A DNA stretch of 32,000 nucleotides from Fastidiosibacter lacustris (GTDB taxonomy: Bacteria > Pseudomonadota > Gammaproteobacteria > Francisellales > Francisellaceae). Location of the stretch: positions 60,001-92,000 of the forward strand of contig NZ_QLIR01000005.1 in the NCBI RefSeq assembly GCF_003428155.1, read 5' to 3'. Below the pieces are notes generated by a model. It searched no databases. It saw only the letters and a program-made list of their open reading frames with translations, and was not told where the DNA came from. This document shows positions 29,539 through 32,000 of this stretch, piece after piece. The translations under genes and the position numbers were made by a program. The first letter of the stretch is position 1. Each line of letters begins with the position of its first letter.

Positions 29539-29988
29539 ATGTCTAAGAAAAAAATCACTTTATCGAACAGGAAGCGTTTAAGTGAGTTACAGACTAAAGC
29601 GGTAAAAACAAACGCAGATGTTCGTCGTGAACAGATTCAGTCTATGCGTGAAATGCATGTTATGCCTGAAGGGAAGCTTGAGCTTGCAATTGAGCAGATG
29701 GTTGCGGATGTTGTATTTGAGTTGAATAACTTATATCGCCAGTGGAGTCAGCCGCTTGATTATAATCGTTATCGGTATAGCCCAAATGAACGTAATAGAA
29801 AGCTATTGAATGAGTTAAAGGTATTTTTAAATGAGATAGCGGATTGGCTTATGAGTAAAGGTATTCGTGGTGAGGAGTGCAGGGAAAGGTGTCAGGAAAT
29901 TGTTGATCGGATTTCTCAAGGTTTACGCATAGAAGGGATACCCGTTGGTCATTTACAGTTACATTCTGAAAAGAGACAGGAATTTTAA
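29539..29988 (+). CDS. Hypothetical protein, charged and predicted helical
   Basis: 149 aa ORF with SD-like tagtaaaat context, ending 3 nt before rlmB. No family recognised. Confidence 0.65.
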   Translation: MSKKKITLSNRKRLSELQTKAVKTNADVRREQIQSMREMHVMPEGKLELAIEQMVADVVFELNNLYRQWSQPLDYNRYRYSPNERNRKLLNELKVFLNEIADWLMSKGIRGEECRERCQEIVDRISQGLRIEGIPVGHLQLHSEKRQEF

Positions 29989-29990
29989 TT

Positions 29991-30755
29991 ATGCATAATC
30001 TCATAATGATGTATGGTATACACGCGATCAAATCGCGCATAAAAGTTCATGCTGATGCAATTCAAACGATCTATTGTATTAAAGGTAAAGAAACTGCGCC
30101 TAAGCTTGGTGAGTTAAAGGCTTTGATGTTTAAAAAAAATCTAGAATTTAGCTTGGTCAACAAAGAGGTCTTTAATCAATTATTACAACAAAACAGTTTA
30201 AATGATGTAGTGCATCAAAATATATTGGCATTGTGCCAATCGAATATCAATTTATATCACGAAAGTGACCTTTTATTATTACTTAGACAATCTAAAAAAC
30301 CAGTCTTTATTTTGATATTAGATGGTGTTCAAGATCCACATAATCTTGGTGCATGTATACGCAGTGCTGATGCAGCAGGTGTTGACTTTATCGTTTTTCC
30401 TAAGGATAAAAATGCAACGATCAATGCCACTGTTGAAAAAGTAGCAAGTGGTGCGGTAAGTAGTGCCAAGCTTGTTGCAGTGACAAATTTAGCGCGAGCC
30501 ATTGGTGTTATAAAAGATGCAGGTATTTGGGTAACAGGGCTTGCAGGTGAGGCAAAAAACCTCATTTACGATATTGATTTAACAGTTCCTTGTGCATTAG
30601 TGATGGGTGCCGAAGGTAGTGGACTTCGTTTCGGGACACGTAAAATGTGTGATTATTTAGCAAAACTTCCAATGTACGGTCAAGTATCGAGTTTAAACGT
30701 TTCAGTTGCAACAGGGATTGCTTTGTACGAAGTCATAAGACAAAGATTAGAGTGA
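29991..30755 (+). CDS. rlmB: 23S rRNA (guanosine-2'-O-)-methyltransferase RlmB (SpoU/TrmH family)
   Basis: YGIHAIKSRI, LDGVQDPHNLGACIRSADAAGVDFIVFP, VMGAEGSGLRFGTRKMCDYLAKLPMYGQVSSLNVSVATGIALYEVIRQ (SPOUT knot motifs). Confidence 0.95.
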   Translation: MHNLIMMYGIHAIKSRIKVHADAIQTIYCIKGKETAPKLGELKALMFKKNLEFSLVNKEVFNQLLQQNSLNDVVHQNILALCQSNINLYHESDLLLLLRQSKKPVFILILDGVQDPHNLGACIRSADAAGVDFIVFPKDKNATINATVEKVASGAVSSAKLVAVTNLARAIGVIKDAGIWVTGLAGEAKNLIYDIDLTVPCALVMGAEGSGLRFGTRKMCDYLAKLPMYGQVSSLNVSVATGIALYEVIRQRLE

Positions 30756-30815
30756 TCTTATGTTTAAAGAGGTATATGGTGCTTAACATTGACGATAGGT
30801 TTAAGGGAAAAGGCT

Positions 30816-31316
30816 GTGAAGTTTAGAAAATCTAGACCTATGCAATGGGTTGTTTTGATTCTTCTACTATTTATCTTTGTTGGCATTATGATTGAGAATC
30901 TGCATACCAACCATGAAAGTCAGTTTACACTTAATACCTCTCAACGTCAGGTTCAATTAGATTTAAATGCCTTGTTAGCATCCATTCAAATAAATAGTCA
31001 ACACAGTGAAAATTATCAAGTGGGCTATCATAATTTTGAACAAGGAAACTGTGAATTGGCATATAAACAGGTTCTGCCTTTTGCCAGAAGTGGTGAAACT
31101 AATGCTACTCTAGTGATTGGATTTATGTATGAGTTTGGTTGTGGTGTTAAAGATAGTGCTAAAAAAGCGGCACTTTGGTATTACAGTGGTATCAAACGTA
31201 ATACTTATAATAAGGTTCTAATTTTGCGTGGACTTCATGCTTATAACAACGGTGATTATAATATGGCGGCAGAATGGTTTAGAATGGCTAGTGAGTTAAG
31301 TGTTATAAAGGCGTAA
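30816..31316 (+). CDS. Membrane-anchored Sel1/TPR-like repeat protein
   Basis: N-terminal TM ([16 protein letters not shown]), then helical repeats with a Sel1-like unit ([30 protein letters not shown]). GTG start at 30816 preferred over TTG 30789. Confidence 0.6.
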   Translation: MKFRKSRPMQWVVLILLLFIFVGIMIENLHTNHESQFTLNTSQRQVQLDLNALLASIQINSQHSENYQVGYHNFEQGNCELAYKQVLPFARSGETNATLVIGFMYEFGCGVKDSAKKAALWYYSGIKRNTYNKVLILRGLHAYNNGDYNMAAEWFRMASELSVIKA

Positions 31317-31987
31317 TGAAGATGGATAGGCAACAAGCTTGGCGCGATGTGTTGGCAGAATATAAAAATAGCGAGCGCTTTCAAGATACGTTGGCATTTG
31401 TTGCAAATGAACGTAAAAAAGGCAAAATAATTTTTCCACAACAACAAGATGTTTTTAATGCGTTTAAGCTGTGTTCATTAGAGAACTTAAAAGTTGTTAT
31501 TTTAGGTCAGGATCCCTATCACAACGTTGGACAGGCACATGGTTTGGCATTTTCAGTGCAAAAAAACGTGATCCCGCCACCCTCATTAGTTAATATTTAT
31601 AAAGAGCTCAGTGCAGATATCAATATCAGCGTACCTCAACATGGAAACTTAAGTAATTGGGCAGCACAAGGTGTTTTTTTACTTAATACTGTTCTAACTG
31701 TAGAAGCGCATAAAGCGCATTCACATGCCAATATCGGTTGGGAGGATTTTACCGATAATGTCATACATATTATTAATAAATATAAAGAGCATGTCGTTTT
31801 CATGCTGTGGGGAGCTCCTGCTCAAAGGAAATCAAGTTTAATTGATGGGAATAAACATCTGATACTAAAAGCGCCTCACCCATCACCATTATCGGCACAT
31901 CGTGGTTTTTTTGGTTGTAAGCACTTTTCTCAAGCCAACCAATATTTAAAATTTCATGGAGTAGAACCAATAGATTGGCAGTTGTAG
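31316..31987 (+). CDS. ung: Uracil-DNA glycosylase (family 1)
   Basis: [22 protein letters not shown], the water-activating loop, and a C-terminal [25 protein letters not shown]. Confidence 0.97.
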   Translation: MKMDRQQAWRDVLAEYKNSERFQDTLAFVANERKKGKIIFPQQQDVFNAFKLCSLENLKVVILGQDPYHNVGQAHGLAFSVQKNVIPPPSLVNIYKELSADINISVPQHGNLSNWAAQGVFLLNTVLTVEAHKAHSHANIGWEDFTDNVIHIINKYKEHVVFMLWGAPAQRKSSLIDGNKHLILKAPHPSPLSAHRGFFGCKHFSQANQYLKFHGVEPIDWQL

Positions 31988-32000
31988 GTACTTTTTGATT

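Noticed and set aside
1-32000. Defence islands, retrons, toxin-antitoxin pairs, CRISPR arrays, insertion sequences or prophage
   Set aside because: Every sizeable ORF is accounted for by housekeeping or metabolic families or isolated hypotheticals. No tandem spaced repeats, terminal inverted repeats, transposase or reverse transcriptase motifs were seen.

Overview
This 32 kb window looks like ordinary chromosome from an AT-rich gammaproteobacterium. It is densely coded, mostly with core genes. I see no CRISPR array, transposase, phage gene, rRNA or tRNA. Gene order: 3' end of dnaB; D-alanyl-D-alanine carboxypeptidase (reverse); hfq-hflX-hflK-hflC plus a SerB-like HAD phosphatase; a TPP riboswitch upstream of a PQ-loop membrane protein; a CDF cation exporter; a CPA2 antiporter with no RCK domain; a four-gene reverse-strand cluster (saccharopine/lysine dehydrogenase family, ALDH7, DUF1338/HglS-like, class III aminotransferase) that reads as a lysine catabolic route; comEC; a lysophospholipid acyltransferase; rubredoxin; a D-cysteine desulfhydrase/ACC-deaminase-like gene; a type IV pilin convergent with a Wzy/PglL-type ligase; DUF2062; aroK-aroB; an RCK-domain pseudogene remnant; recG and an AsmA-like gene (reverse); lptM-like lipoprotein; DUF481-like outer membrane protein; a hypothetical; rlmB; a membrane-anchored Sel1-like protein; ung. 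I did not find a clearly undescribed defence or mobile system. The best leads are the TPP-riboswitch-controlled PQ-loop protein (candidate thiamine or thiamine-precursor transporter), the compact lysine catabolic cluster, the pilin/ligase pair with a palindrome across both stop codons, a probable non-canonical ATT start for the PLP enzyme, and a changed metal-ligand position in ComEC. All family calls come from motif recognition by eye, with no database search.
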